Assembly: GCA_021740245.1 (NCBI GenBank)
Contig: JAIPAE010000003.1
Span: 1-55,577 of the forward strand
Direction of reading: 5' to 3'
Origin: Bacteroidales bacterium
GTDB lineage: Bacteria; Bacteroidota; Bacteroidia; Bacteroidales; PWNQ01
Length of the DNA stretch: 55,577 nt
Under the pieces are notes generated by a model. That model saw only the letters and a list, made by a program, of their open reading frames with translations. It was not told the origin of the DNA and did no database searches. The position numbers and the translations under genes were made by a program. Shown one piece after another: positions 39,153 to 48,512 of this stretch. Positions within the stretch are counted from its first letter, which is position 1, and each line of letters opens with the position of its first letter.

Positions 39153-39764
39153 ATGGAATGGATAAGTATACTAACCGGATATATATTAGGCTCAGTACCC
39201 TCTGCGGTATGGCTTGGACAAACATTTCACAACACTGACGTACGGGAATATGGTTCAAAAAATGCAGGAGCCACTAATACCTTCAGGGTGTTGGGTTGGA
39301 AAACCGGTGTTATTGTGTTGCTATCGGATATGATCAAAGGTTACGGCGCAATTCTGATTTGTGAACGCATTTTTTCACTTCCGCCACAGGATACAGTTCT
39401 GGTTCTGACCGGAGCAACTGCAGTCCTGGGTCATATTTTTCCACTGTTTGCCGGCTTCAGGGGCGGGAAAGGAATTGCCACACTGGCAGGAATTGGTATC
39501 GCTCTTTTCCCTTTGTCTTTTATTATTATTCTGGGAATTTTTCTGCTGGTCTTTCTGAGTACACGCTATGTGTCGCTGGGCTCTATTATCGGAGCCATTA
39601 GCCTGCCGTTTGTCTCATTCTTTATAGAACAGAACCAAAATCCTCAGATTGTCGTTTTTACGATTATTATTGCCATCATCGTTCCAATGACTCATCGTAA
39701 AAATATAATTCGCTTGAAAAAAGGCACAGAGAAAAAACTGAAAATTACTAATAACAAAAATTAA
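39153..39764 (+). CDS. plsY: Glycerol-3-phosphate acyltransferase PlsY
   Basis: YILGSVP, GSKNAGATN, DMIKG, GHIFP, FRGGKGIAT and HRKNI. Confidence 0.96.
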   Translation: MEWISILTGYILGSVPSAVWLGQTFHNTDVREYGSKNAGATNTFRVLGWKTGVIVLLSDMIKGYGAILICERIFSLPPQDTVLVLTGATAVLGHIFPLFAGFRGGKGIATLAGIGIALFPLSFIIILGIFLLVFLSTRYVSLGSIIGAISLPFVSFFIEQNQNPQIVVFTIIIAIIVPMTHRKNIIRLKKGTEKKLKITNNKN

Positions 39765-39779
39765 ACCTAAAAAAATCGT

Positions 39780-39787
39780 TAATTTTG
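39780..39787 (+). promoter_or_regulatory. -7 element (TAATTTTG) for cdaA
   Basis: TAnnTTTG match 19 bp upstream of the ATG. Confidence 0.5.
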
Positions 39788-39806
39788 AGCGCAGATTAAA
39801 TATGTT

Positions 39807-40604
39807 ATGACTGAATTATTAATCAATGCTTTTATTCAAATCCGCATACTGGATGTCATTGATATCCTGATGGTGGCATATTTACTTTACGCCTTGTATA
39901 ATCTCATAAAAGGCACGGCCGCCATAAACATTTTCGTAGGCATCGTTGCCTTTTACCTTATTTGGCAAATAGTGAAAGCTGCTCAAATGGAGTTGCTCAG
40001 TGAAATCCTGGGGAAATTTATTAGTGTTGGTGTTTTAGCGCTGATTATAGTATTTCAGCAAGAGATCAGAAAATTTCTGTTATTAATAGGTACTCCGAAT
40101 TTTATCAACCGTAAATCCCAGAATCTTTTTTTCTGGCGTACTAACGGTGATAACAAGGAGCAGCTAAATGTGGATGTAATCACCAGTGCATGCCAGCAAA
40201 TGTCCAATCAGAAAACAGGAGCATTGATAGTATTAACCCATAGGCACGAACTGGAAGAACCTATGCAAACCGGAATATTCATGGATGCAGAACTTTCATC
40301 TCAGCTTATTGAAAGTATCTTTTACAAAGAAAATCCATTACATGACGGAGCTATTATCATACATGGCAACCGCATTTTGGCTGCCCGTTGCATCCTTCCT
40401 GTTTCAAAACGCACGGACTTTCCTCCTATTTACGGCTTAAGACACCGCGCTGCACTGGGAATCACCGAACAAACCGATGCCAGTGCGGTAATCGTCTCTG
40501 AACAAACAGGGCAAATCGCCTATGCGAGGCGGGGTAAATTGACATCAAACCTCAAAGCAGAAGTACTAAAATCTATCCTGGAAAAAGAATTTAAAAATAC
40601 CTAA
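39807..40604 (+). CDS. cdaA: Diadenylate cyclase CdaA
   Basis: Three N-terminal TMs, FQQEIR, and catalytic LHDGA and GLRHRAA motifs. Confidence 0.94.
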   Translation: MTELLINAFIQIRILDVIDILMVAYLLYALYNLIKGTAAINIFVGIVAFYLIWQIVKAAQMELLSEILGKFISVGVLALIIVFQQEIRKFLLLIGTPNFINRKSQNLFFWRTNGDNKEQLNVDVITSACQQMSNQKTGALIVLTHRHELEEPMQTGIFMDAELSSQLIESIFYKENPLHDGAIIIHGNRILAARCILPVSKRTDFPPIYGLRHRAALGITEQTDASAVIVSEQTGQIAYARRGKLTSNLKAEVLKSILEKEFKNT

Positions 40605-40670
40605 GCAGATATAATGTCGTTAGGATTCTCAATCTCAATTCCTGCAATCTGGTCAACTATAACTTATCAA

Positions 40671-41231
40671 TTATGACGCAACTGTTGTATCCTGTTTTTC
40701 AAACTCCTCGATGATCTCGTTAAGATCTTTACCCAGGGTTTTAATCAGCATCTCAGCATCATCAGCAAATTCACTGTCAGGATACTCGTCCATTAGTCTC
40801 CGGTATGCTTTTTCTGCTTTGTTATAATCCTTCAGGTTGTCTTCATAGATCGTTCCCCGGAAAATCAACACCTGTGGCATATAAGAAGATTCGGGGTAAG
40901 TAGCTTCTAAACGTTTGAGTCGTTTCAAAGCTGCGTTATGGGCCTCCAGTGCAATATCTATCCGTGCTGCTTTAAATAAATAGTTGGAAGCCAAAGAATC
41001 TTCTTTGGAAAAATCATCAGCAAATTTCACATAACGTTTTATCAACAGCCGGGCACTATCCTTATTCACAGGACCGTCAATATCTGTAAACAGCTCTTCT
41101 TCAAGCTCATTTATTGCCTGCATCTGGGCTTCTTTACTTGCAGCTTCATCTTTGGATTTATTTTCAGAATTACACGAAGCAAATAACAAAGCCGGCATTA
41201 ATGCAATCATAAAGATTTTTAGCATTCTCAT
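40671..41231 (-). CDS. TPR-repeat lipoprotein (CpoB/BamD-like fold)
   Basis: Lipobox FASC; TPR-type helices with YPES and YPDS turns. Confidence 0.75.
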   Translation of the reverse strand: MRMLKIFMIALMPALLFASCNSENKSKDEAASKEAQMQAINELEEELFTDIDGPVNKDSARLLIKRYVKFADDFSKEDSLASNYLFKAARIDIALEAHNAALKRLKRLEATYPESSYMPQVLIFRGTIYEDNLKDYNKAEKAYRRLMDEYPDSEFADDAEMLIKTLGKDLNEIIEEFEKQDTTVAS

Positions 41232-41248
41232 AATTTCTTGATTTTGGT

Positions 41249-41818
41249 TTATTTTCTCTTTTTTAAATTCGGATAAAGCATACGATATCCGGGGTCCACC
41301 TTTCCATAAGCAATATCTCTGAGTTTCCCGCGAATAAGTGTTTTACGCAAAGGGCTTAAACGATCCGTAAACAATATTCCTTCAAGATGATCATATTCAT
41401 GCTGAATAATACGCCCAAGCATACCAGCGTATTTTTCATCATGAAATTCCCAGTTTTCATCGTAATACTGAATATGAACCTCATCTTTCCGGATAACTTC
41501 TTCATTGATACCCGGAATACTCAGGCATCCTTCATCCATTCCCCATTTATCACCTTCTTTCTCAATTACCTTCGGATTAATAAAAACCTTTTTGAAATCT
41601 TTAGCTTCAGGTATTTCTTTTTCATAAGGTGTGGCATCAATAAGAAAAAGTCTTATGGAAAGATTTACCTGTGGAGCAGCAAGCCCCACACCTTTGGAAT
41701 GATACATAGTCTCGAACATGTTCTCGATCAGACCATGTAATCCCTCATAATCTTTGTCAATTTTCTTTGCTTTTTTTCTAAGTGTTGGATGTCCATATGC
41801 TGTAACTGGCATCATCAT
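41249..41818 (-). CDS. def: Peptide deformylase
   Basis: GVGLAAPQ, EGCLS and QHEYDH. Confidence 0.97.
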   Translation of the reverse strand: MMMPVTAYGHPTLRKKAKKIDKDYEGLHGLIENMFETMYHSKGVGLAAPQVNLSIRLFLIDATPYEKEIPEAKDFKKVFINPKVIEKEGDKWGMDEGCLSIPGINEEVIRKDEVHIQYYDENWEFHDEKYAGMLGRIIQHEYDHLEGILFTDRLSPLRKTLIRGKLRDIAYGKVDPGYRMLYPNLKKRK

Positions 41819-41830
41819 GACTGTACAAAT

Positions 41831-42253
41831 TTAAAATTTTCGGTTCGGCTTTTCCATATAACTCTGTAAAATAATTGTAGCACTGATAGCATCTATTTTA
41901 CCTTTATTCTGACGGTCTTTCTTTTTAGTTCCCCCTTGAATCATAGCATCCAGGGCCATTTTTGAAGTAAAGCGTTCATCTATTCGTTCTACAGGTAATT
42001 GTGGAAATGTCTTTTTTAGTTTTTTAACAAACGGTTCTATAAATTCCGATGACTCAGAAGCAGTATTATCCATTTGACGCGCTTGCCCAATAACAAACCC
42101 TTCTGTTTCTTCTTTGTTTACGTAATCCTTTAAAAAAGTAAAAATATCTTTAGCATGCACTGTCGTTAGTGCATTAGCAATGATCTTCCCTGGATCGGTA
42201 ACGGCAATACCTACACGTTTACGCCCATAATCTATAGCAATTATTCGTCCCAT
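41831..42253 (-). CDS. ruvX: YqgF/RuvX RNase H-like pre-16S rRNA nuclease
   Basis: AIDYGRKRVGIAVTD, DERFTS and IDAISATIILQSY. Start trimmed to MGRII. Confidence 0.93.
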   Translation of the reverse strand: MGRIIAIDYGRKRVGIAVTDPGKIIANALTTVHAKDIFTFLKDYVNKEETEGFVIGQARQMDNTASESSEFIEPFVKKLKKTFPQLPVERIDERFTSKMALDAMIQGGTKKKDRQNKGKIDAISATIILQSYMEKPNRKF

Positions 42254-42322
42254 ATATTTTGCAAAGTTAGATAAAAAAGTATATTGCACGACAATCGACT
42301 GATATACTAATGATAACGCAAA

Positions 42323-44251
42323 TCATTCAATAACTTCAAATTCCGTCCTTCGGTTTTTTGCTCTCCCCTCTTCTGTATCATTGTCAGCTATCGGTTTCGA
42401 TTCACCAAAGCCTTTATACGATAAACGGTTTGGGGTTATTCCTTGTTGAATTAGAAAATCATAAACCGCTTTTGCCCTGTTTTCGGATAGCTTCTGGTTA
42501 TAAGCTTCATCACCACGGCTGTCCGTATGGCCCTGAATCCGTATATTGAGTTCCGGATTCTTGTTCAATAATTCTGCCAAACGGTTTAATTCAACCCGCG
42601 ACTCCGGCAGCAGATCATATTCATCATATTCAAAGAAGATATTATTCAGTACTACTGTTTCTCCTACCTGTATTGGTTTTAATGGTATATCTTTAATGAC
42701 CGGATCTGTTTTCTCACGCACATCCTTTAATTTAAAGTTATCCGAATAGAACAGGTAACCTTCTTTTTTCACATTTAATGCATAGTTTTTATTGGCAGGA
42801 ATCGAAAGCAAAAAGGCGCCGTCCTGTTTTGCAGAATAAGCATTGGTAATCACCTGACCAGAGTTCAGATCGATCAACTCAAATCTTGCCCTGAGCTTCA
42901 CTTTAGTAACTTTATCATAAACGATTCCTTTCATATACGTAACCGGGTCTGGCCTGGCCTCCATTGGCATATCAATGGCATAAATATCGAAACGTCCTTC
43001 GCCATTAAGCCTGTCGGTGGAGATATAAGCAATTTCGCCGGCTGCATTCACCTGTAGTCCAATTTCTTCACGATATGTATTGATCGGATATCCCAGATTT
43101 TGAGGTTCGGTCCAGCGTCCGTTTTCATCAAGACGCGAGACAAAAAAATCCAACTCACCCATTCCCAAGTGCCCGGCTGAGGAAAAATACAATGTATTAT
43201 TGTCGGGATGAATGAACGGATAACGTTCATTTTGAGGTGTATTTATTGTGCGTCCCAGATTTTCAGGATAAGACCAGTTTCCGTCTTCAAGCCGGGTAGT
43301 TTTATAAATATCGGATTTCCCCAGTCCTCCTTTACGCGTAGATGCAAAATAAATCGTTTTATTGTCTGACGCAATAGTTGGATGCGTATCCCATTGAGGG
43401 CTGTTTACACGATTGCCCATATTTTGAGGTTGACTCCAGCCGTCTTCACGGCGATAAGAAATATACAGATCACAACCCTTGACAGGGTCACAAGCAGTAT
43501 AAACCAAAAATGACCGGTCAGGCGAGATGAACATCGCCCCTTCATTCTCCAGGATATCGAACTGATTACTCATTTTTTGCCGTGGCAACCACTCTCCTGT
43601 TTCATTGTCCTTTTCAGAATAATAAAAATATTCCTCTTCAACATCTGGCTTGCTTTTATTAACAGGCTGACGAACAGTGAAGATCATATAAGACTCATCC
43701 ACAGTAATAGCATTGATCCACTCGCTGTAGGGTGAGTTTATATTACTTCCCAGATTGACAGGATTGTAAGGTACTGGATTCTTAATCTGTTCCAGGGCAA
43801 ATTCCACCTGATCCAGGTAACGCCTGTTTTTCATTAGTATCTTCTTATTTCTGCCTTTTTCCTGATAATAAATCAGGTTTTTCTTTGCCTTTTCATAATC
43901 CCCCAGCCTCAGATATAACTTTCCAATGTTAAAATAGGTCGGCAGAAAAAAATCAGGACGGATATCAACAGCATTTTTATAGGCTTTTAAAGCCATGGAG
44001 TCATTTTTCTCATCAAGATAAACCTGCCCCATCAGCAACCAAGGTTCAACAAACTGATTATCAATTTTGATTGCTTTTTGCAAGTGTTGTATAGCCAGTT
44101 CGTTATTATGGTTATCAAAGGCCTCAGTAGCTGATTCGTACTTCTTTATCGCCCGGTTTTTTGAAGAAGTATACAGACGGCCATTCTGAGGAACACTCTT
44201 ACACGAGATCAATATGGCGGGAAGAAACAAAAGCAAAAGTAGTTTACGCAT
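42323..44251 (-). CDS. OmpA_C family lipoprotein with TPR and PD40 repeats (PorE-like architecture)
   Basis: Lipobox LISC; TPRs; repeated PxNLGxxINxP/YFSS; C-terminal GHTD...NQKLSENRAKAV...NRRTEF. Confidence 0.9.
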   Translation of the reverse strand: MRKLLLLLFLPAILISCKSVPQNGRLYTSSKNRAIKKYESATEAFDNHNNELAIQHLQKAIKIDNQFVEPWLLMGQVYLDEKNDSMALKAYKNAVDIRPDFFLPTYFNIGKLYLRLGDYEKAKKNLIYYQEKGRNKKILMKNRRYLDQVEFALEQIKNPVPYNPVNLGSNINSPYSEWINAITVDESYMIFTVRQPVNKSKPDVEEEYFYYSEKDNETGEWLPRQKMSNQFDILENEGAMFISPDRSFLVYTACDPVKGCDLYISYRREDGWSQPQNMGNRVNSPQWDTHPTIASDNKTIYFASTRKGGLGKSDIYKTTRLEDGNWSYPENLGRTINTPQNERYPFIHPDNNTLYFSSAGHLGMGELDFFVSRLDENGRWTEPQNLGYPINTYREEIGLQVNAAGEIAYISTDRLNGEGRFDIYAIDMPMEARPDPVTYMKGIVYDKVTKVKLRARFELIDLNSGQVITNAYSAKQDGAFLLSIPANKNYALNVKKEGYLFYSDNFKLKDVREKTDPVIKDIPLKPIQVGETVVLNNIFFEYDEYDLLPESRVELNRLAELLNKNPELNIRIQGHTDSRGDEAYNQKLSENRAKAVYDFLIQQGITPNRLSYKGFGESKPIADNDTEEGRAKNRRTEFEVIE

Positions 44252-44262
44252 AGTAAGAATTG

Positions 44263-45147
44263 TTAATCAGTATAAACTTCCTTTTTATACGCTTTGAGTG
44301 TATTCATCAACAACGAAACGATCGTCATTGGTCCTACGCCACCCGGCACAGGTGAAATATAGGAAGCCTTTTTGGACACTTCATCAAAGGCAACATCACC
44401 TTTCAGCTTCCAGCCTGATTTGGTTTTATCTGATTTTTCGCGGTGTATCCCTACATCGATAACAACAGCGCCTTCTTTTACCATATCAGCCGTTACGAAT
44501 TCTTTTTTACCAATCGCTGCAATAATAATATCAGCAGATTTGACAATACCCTTCAGGTTTTGAGTCCGGCTGTGACACATGGTAACTGTTGCATTTCCGG
44601 GTTTTGTCTTTCGGGACATCAGGATATTCATGGGTGTTCCGACAATATTACTACGTCCAAGCACAACGCAATGTTTTCCTTCGGTTTCAATATCATAACG
44701 CTTCAGCAGTTCCATAATGCCATTAGGTGTAGCCGGAAGATAGGCCGGAAGCCCGATCATCATACGACCCAGATTTACCGGATGGAAACCATCCACATCT
44801 TTTTTAGGGTCAATAGCCTGTGTTACTTTATCAGCATTAATATGCTCCGGAAGAGGTAATTGCACAATAAATCCATCAACTTCCGGATCATTGTTCAGAA
44901 AATCTACTGTTTTAAGCAATTCTTCTTCTGTGGTATCTGCATCAAGCCTGTAAACTGATGAAGTAAATCCCAGTTTTTTGGCATTTTTCTCTTTTGAGCC
45001 TACATAAGTTTCGCTGGCGGGATCGTCACCAACCAAAACAGCAACCAGATGCGGTGCACGCTGGTCATTATCAACAATAGCCGCTACTTCTTCTTTTAGT
45101 TCTTCTTTAATTTTGTTGGCAGTTGATTTTCCATCAATTAGTTGCAT
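44263..45147 (-). CDS. folD: Methylenetetrahydrofolate dehydrogenase/cyclohydrolase
   Basis: [26 protein letters not shown] and [10 protein letters not shown]. Confidence 0.97.
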   Translation of the reverse strand: MQLIDGKSTANKIKEELKEEVAAIVDNDQRAPHLVAVLVGDDPASETYVGSKEKNAKKLGFTSSVYRLDADTTEEELLKTVDFLNNDPEVDGFIVQLPLPEHINADKVTQAIDPKKDVDGFHPVNLGRMMIGLPAYLPATPNGIMELLKRYDIETEGKHCVVLGRSNIVGTPMNILMSRKTKPGNATVTMCHSRTQNLKGIVKSADIIIAAIGKKEFVTADMVKEGAVVIDVGIHREKSDKTKSGWKLKGDVAFDEVSKKASYISPVPGGVGPMTIVSLLMNTLKAYKKEVYTD

Positions 45148-45174
45148 ATGCTAAAGGTTTTATCGTTATCTGGT

Positions 45175-46509
45175 TTAACGTCCGGGCATATTGCGCATCA
45201 TCCGTTTTGCTTTTTTGCCATCTGCCCCGGTCATGCTTTTCATCATTTTCCGGGTTTCCCCGAATTGTTTGATCAGGCGGTTCACCTCCTGAATACTTGT
45301 TCCTGATCCACGGGCTATTCGTTTTCTTCGGCTTCCGTCTATTAGTTTGGGATTTTTCCGCTCCTCATTAGTCATGGAAAAAATAATAGCTTCTATTCCC
45401 TTAAATGCATCATCATCAATATCCACATTTTTCAATGCTTTTCCCATTCCTGGTATCATGCCCATAAGGTCTTTTACATTACCCATTTTCTTAATCTGTT
45501 TGATCTGTGACAGGAAATCATCAAAATCAAACTGATTTTTGGATATCTTACTTTGCAGTTTTTTTGCCTGTTCCTGGTCGAACTGGTCTTGCGCTTTTTC
45601 CACCAGTGAGACAATGTCACCCATACCCAGAATTCTGTCGGCCATACGTTTAGGATGAAAAACATCCAGTCCTTCCACAGTTTCTCCGGTACCAACAAAT
45701 TTAATAGGCTTATCCACAACTTTCCTGATCGTCAACGCAGCACCTCCGCGGGTATCACCATCCATTTTCGTCAGGACAACACCGTCATAATCCAGGACAT
45801 CATTAAATGCTTTTGCCGTATTTACAGCATCCTGGCCAGTCATAGCATCCACTACAAATAGGGTTTCATGCGGTTTGACAGACTTATGAATATTCTGGAT
45901 TTCATCCATCATCTCCTGATCAATAGCCAAACGTCCGGCAGTGTCAATAATAACCACATCCTGCCCCATGTTTTTAGCTTCTGAGATAGCTTGCTTTGCC
46001 AGTTTTACCGGGTTTTTGTTCTCGTCTTCCGTGTATACCGGAACATCAATCTGTTCACCCAACACTTTAAGCTGATCGATAGCAGCGGGCCGGTAAACAT
46101 CACATGCAGCCAGCAGTGGCTTTTTGTTGCGTTTCTTTTTTAAATAATTGGCCAATTTCGCTGAGAAAGTTGTTTTGCCAGTCCCCTGCAAACCGGCAAC
46201 CAATATAACGGCCGGGCTTCCCTCCAGGGAAATATCCACACTGTCTTCACCCATAAGCTGTGCCAACTCATCATGCATGACCTTGACCATCAACTGGCCC
46301 GGTGATACAGCATTCAGTACACCCTGCCCAAGGGCTTTTTCTTTTACTTCGTTGGTAAACTCTTTGGCTATCTTATAACTTACATCTGCATCCAGCAGAG
46401 CCTTTCGAATCTCTTTAACGGTTTCTGCCACATTGATCTCCGTAATGTGGCCCTGACCCTTCATGACCTTAAATGCATTCTCTATTCTATCGGTTAAACT
46501 GTCAAACAT
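45175..46509 (-). CDS. ffh: Signal recognition particle protein
   Basis: GLQGTGKTT, DTAGR, TKMDGD and a Met-rich M domain (SRRKRIARGSG). Confidence 0.98.
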   Translation of the reverse strand: MFDSLTDRIENAFKVMKGQGHITEINVAETVKEIRKALLDADVSYKIAKEFTNEVKEKALGQGVLNAVSPGQLMVKVMHDELAQLMGEDSVDISLEGSPAVILVAGLQGTGKTTFSAKLANYLKKKRNKKPLLAACDVYRPAAIDQLKVLGEQIDVPVYTEDENKNPVKLAKQAISEAKNMGQDVVIIDTAGRLAIDQEMMDEIQNIHKSVKPHETLFVVDAMTGQDAVNTAKAFNDVLDYDGVVLTKMDGDTRGGAALTIRKVVDKPIKFVGTGETVEGLDVFHPKRMADRILGMGDIVSLVEKAQDQFDQEQAKKLQSKISKNQFDFDDFLSQIKQIKKMGNVKDLMGMIPGMGKALKNVDIDDDAFKGIEAIIFSMTNEERKNPKLIDGSRRKRIARGSGTSIQEVNRLIKQFGETRKMMKSMTGADGKKAKRMMRNMPGR

Positions 46510-46540
46510 ACGTTATTTGCTTTCTGTTTTAAACGGACGA

Positions 46541-46548
46541 CAAAGTTA
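46541..46548 (-). promoter_or_regulatory. -7 element (TAACTTTG) for ffh-folD
   Basis: TAnnTTTG match 31 bp upstream of the ffh start. Confidence 0.55.
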
Positions 46549-46606
46549 ATCATTTTATGTTTAATGAACTTGATCAGCATACAAATAAACTATATCTTCA
46601 CAACCT

Positions 46607-47302
46607 ATGAAAACAACAAATCTTAAACAAATTCTTCAAAAGCATACAGGTGGTTTTTCGCCAGTAACGCCGTTTGATATCAGAGAAAAAAAACTTTGTT
46701 ATATCGATCTGAGTGATAAAAATACAGACCTGACTCCAGAAGACATTGAAGATAATGAAGTTTTCGGACAGTATATCCAAAAAATTATTGAATCAAACAA
46801 TGCTGATCTTGCCATTGGGAAGTATAATGAAAACCGGACCATATACCGCAAAAGCGAACATTTTACGCCTAAAGGAGAAGAACCCCGGTCCATACACCTG
46901 GGAACAGATTTGTGGCTTCAGACAGGTACGGCCATACATGCACCTCTATCCGCAAAAGTACACAGCTTTCAAAACAACGATAATTATGGCGATTACGGCC
47001 CAACCATCATTCTGGAGCATCATCTGGATGGACAGACGTTTTTTACGCTTTACGGTCATCTTAACTTAAACTCCTTAAAAAATATCCATCAGGGCCAATA
47101 CATTGAGCAAGGAAAAACATTCTGCAATCTCGGAAACCCAAATGAAAACGGGCAATGGCCGGCCCACCTTCATTTTCAGATTATCAGCAATATGATGAAC
47201 AAAAAAGGGGACTTCCCGGGTGTGGCAAAGCCATCGGAAAAACAGGAATTTCTTGAAATATGTCCCGACCCCGGTCTTATTCTTGGAATTAAAACACACT
47301 GA
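46607..47302 (+). CDS. M23 family metallopeptidase without signal peptide
   Basis: Zn motifs HLGTD (HxxxD) and HLH (HxH), plus TLYGHL. Confidence 0.85.
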   Translation: MKTTNLKQILQKHTGGFSPVTPFDIREKKLCYIDLSDKNTDLTPEDIEDNEVFGQYIQKIIESNNADLAIGKYNENRTIYRKSEHFTPKGEEPRSIHLGTDLWLQTGTAIHAPLSAKVHSFQNNDNYGDYGPTIILEHHLDGQTFFTLYGHLNLNSLKNIHQGQYIEQGKTFCNLGNPNENGQWPAHLHFQIISNMMNKKGDFPGVAKPSEKQEFLEICPDPGLILGIKTH

Positions 47303-47394
47303 TAATTTATAGCCAAAGTCTTTTCTAAAAACGATTGTACTGTATGGCTTACAAAAAAAAATATCTTTGATTCAAATTGCTTATACCGGATATT

Positions 47395-47982
47395 ATGAAC
47401 AAAAAAGCATTTCTTAGAACCACTTTGGTATTTTTGCTGTGTACACTTTTTTGGTCATGTAATCAAGGTGGTTTTTCAAAAAGCCAGCCTCAGGAAAACA
47501 ATAATAAAACCCGGGGTGATACATGTATTAACACGAACAAAAAAACCGGCAATACAAACGGCATATCAGGTAAAACAAAACTACCATCATCGCCAAATGG
47601 CATAAGACTGGGCGAATACTATGGCAGTGATGATAATATGTATTCATTTTTCTGTGATGACAGTGTTAAATTTCTGTCCGGGGAGCATCATTACAAGTTG
47701 GGAACATGGACAATGCGAAATGACAGCATCATTATCCGTTATCACAAACTGGTTTGGCGGGAAGGCATTGGTGAACCCCATAAACGTCCTGAAGCAATTC
47801 CCGGTAACTGGCAGGACACTTATGATGATTATAAAATTCACCATGAGCAAATTGATGAACTAAAAACTCTGCATTGGCAGGAGATCAGAGAATATCTGGA
47901 AAAAGATCCCAAATATCCTTACCAGGTCATTAATCAAAACATTCATCGAATTGAGGGATTTATGGAAAACTATTATAAATAA
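47395..47982 (+). CDS. Hypothetical lipoprotein
   Basis: MNKKAF start, hydrophobic core and FWSC lipobox; TATCTTTG promoter element at 47362-47369. Confidence 0.7.
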   Translation: MNKKAFLRTTLVFLLCTLFWSCNQGGFSKSQPQENNNKTRGDTCINTNKKTGNTNGISGKTKLPSSPNGIRLGEYYGSDDNMYSFFCDDSVKFLSGEHHYKLGTWTMRNDSIIIRYHKLVWREGIGEPHKRPEAIPGNWQDTYDDYKIHHEQIDELKTLHWQEIREYLEKDPKYPYQVINQNIHRIEGFMENYYK

Positions 47983-47991
47983 AACGCGGCT

Positions 47992-48405
47992 ATGTTCAGA
48001 GATATTTTTGTTTATCTTTTATCACTTATTATATCAGCATTTCTCACTTTTGTGACATTTTTTTTTGCACTGAAATATGAAGGCTTCTATTATTCTTCGA
48101 TATTCATTTCCAGTGCATTGCATTTTACTTTATTCAGTTATTTGTTCATGTATTACCCAATACCGGGCAGAGTGCTTGCTGTGTCATCTGCAATAATCAT
48201 GGCATTTTTTCCAGTTGAGCAACTACTTACTGCCTTTAACTGGAGGGCCATGCTTATTCTTATCGGACTTGTAATTATCATTGAGTTACACGTTATTCAG
48301 TTATACAGGAAAGGGCCTGTAAAAATTAACTACCCCCTGCGGTTGATTTTAGCTCTAATCCCTGTTTTTACATTTATCATCTGTGTTTATACCATGTACA
48401 CCTGA
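47992..48405 (+). CDS. Hypothetical integral membrane protein (about 4-5 TM)
   Basis: Highly hydrophobic 137-aa ORF 9 bp after the lipoprotein gene. Confidence 0.65.
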   Translation: MFRDIFVYLLSLIISAFLTFVTFFFALKYEGFYYSSIFISSALHFTLFSYLFMYYPIPGRVLAVSSAIIMAFFPVEQLLTAFNWRAMLILIGLVIIIELHVIQLYRKGPVKINYPLRLILALIPVFTFIICVYTMYT

Positions 48406-48512
48406 TATTTAACTTCTCAGGATGATAAGTTTCTATTGCTTTGGAAAATGTTTTTAAGAATATACCGGCAATTCAAGTATAATTCTTAATTTTGATCTCA
48501 GATAGAGAAACT

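Noticed and set aside
39807-40604. Cyclic dinucleotide synthase as an anti-phage (CBASS-like) system
   Set aside because: It is a DAC-family CdaA with DGA/RHR motifs, not a CD-NTase, and has no effector neighbours.
45710-45718. DnaA-box 9-mers inside CDSs (also near 13068 and 34247) as oriC evidence
   Set aside because: Isolated, inside coding sequence and explained by Val-Asp-Lys/Asn codons; no box cluster or unwinding element.
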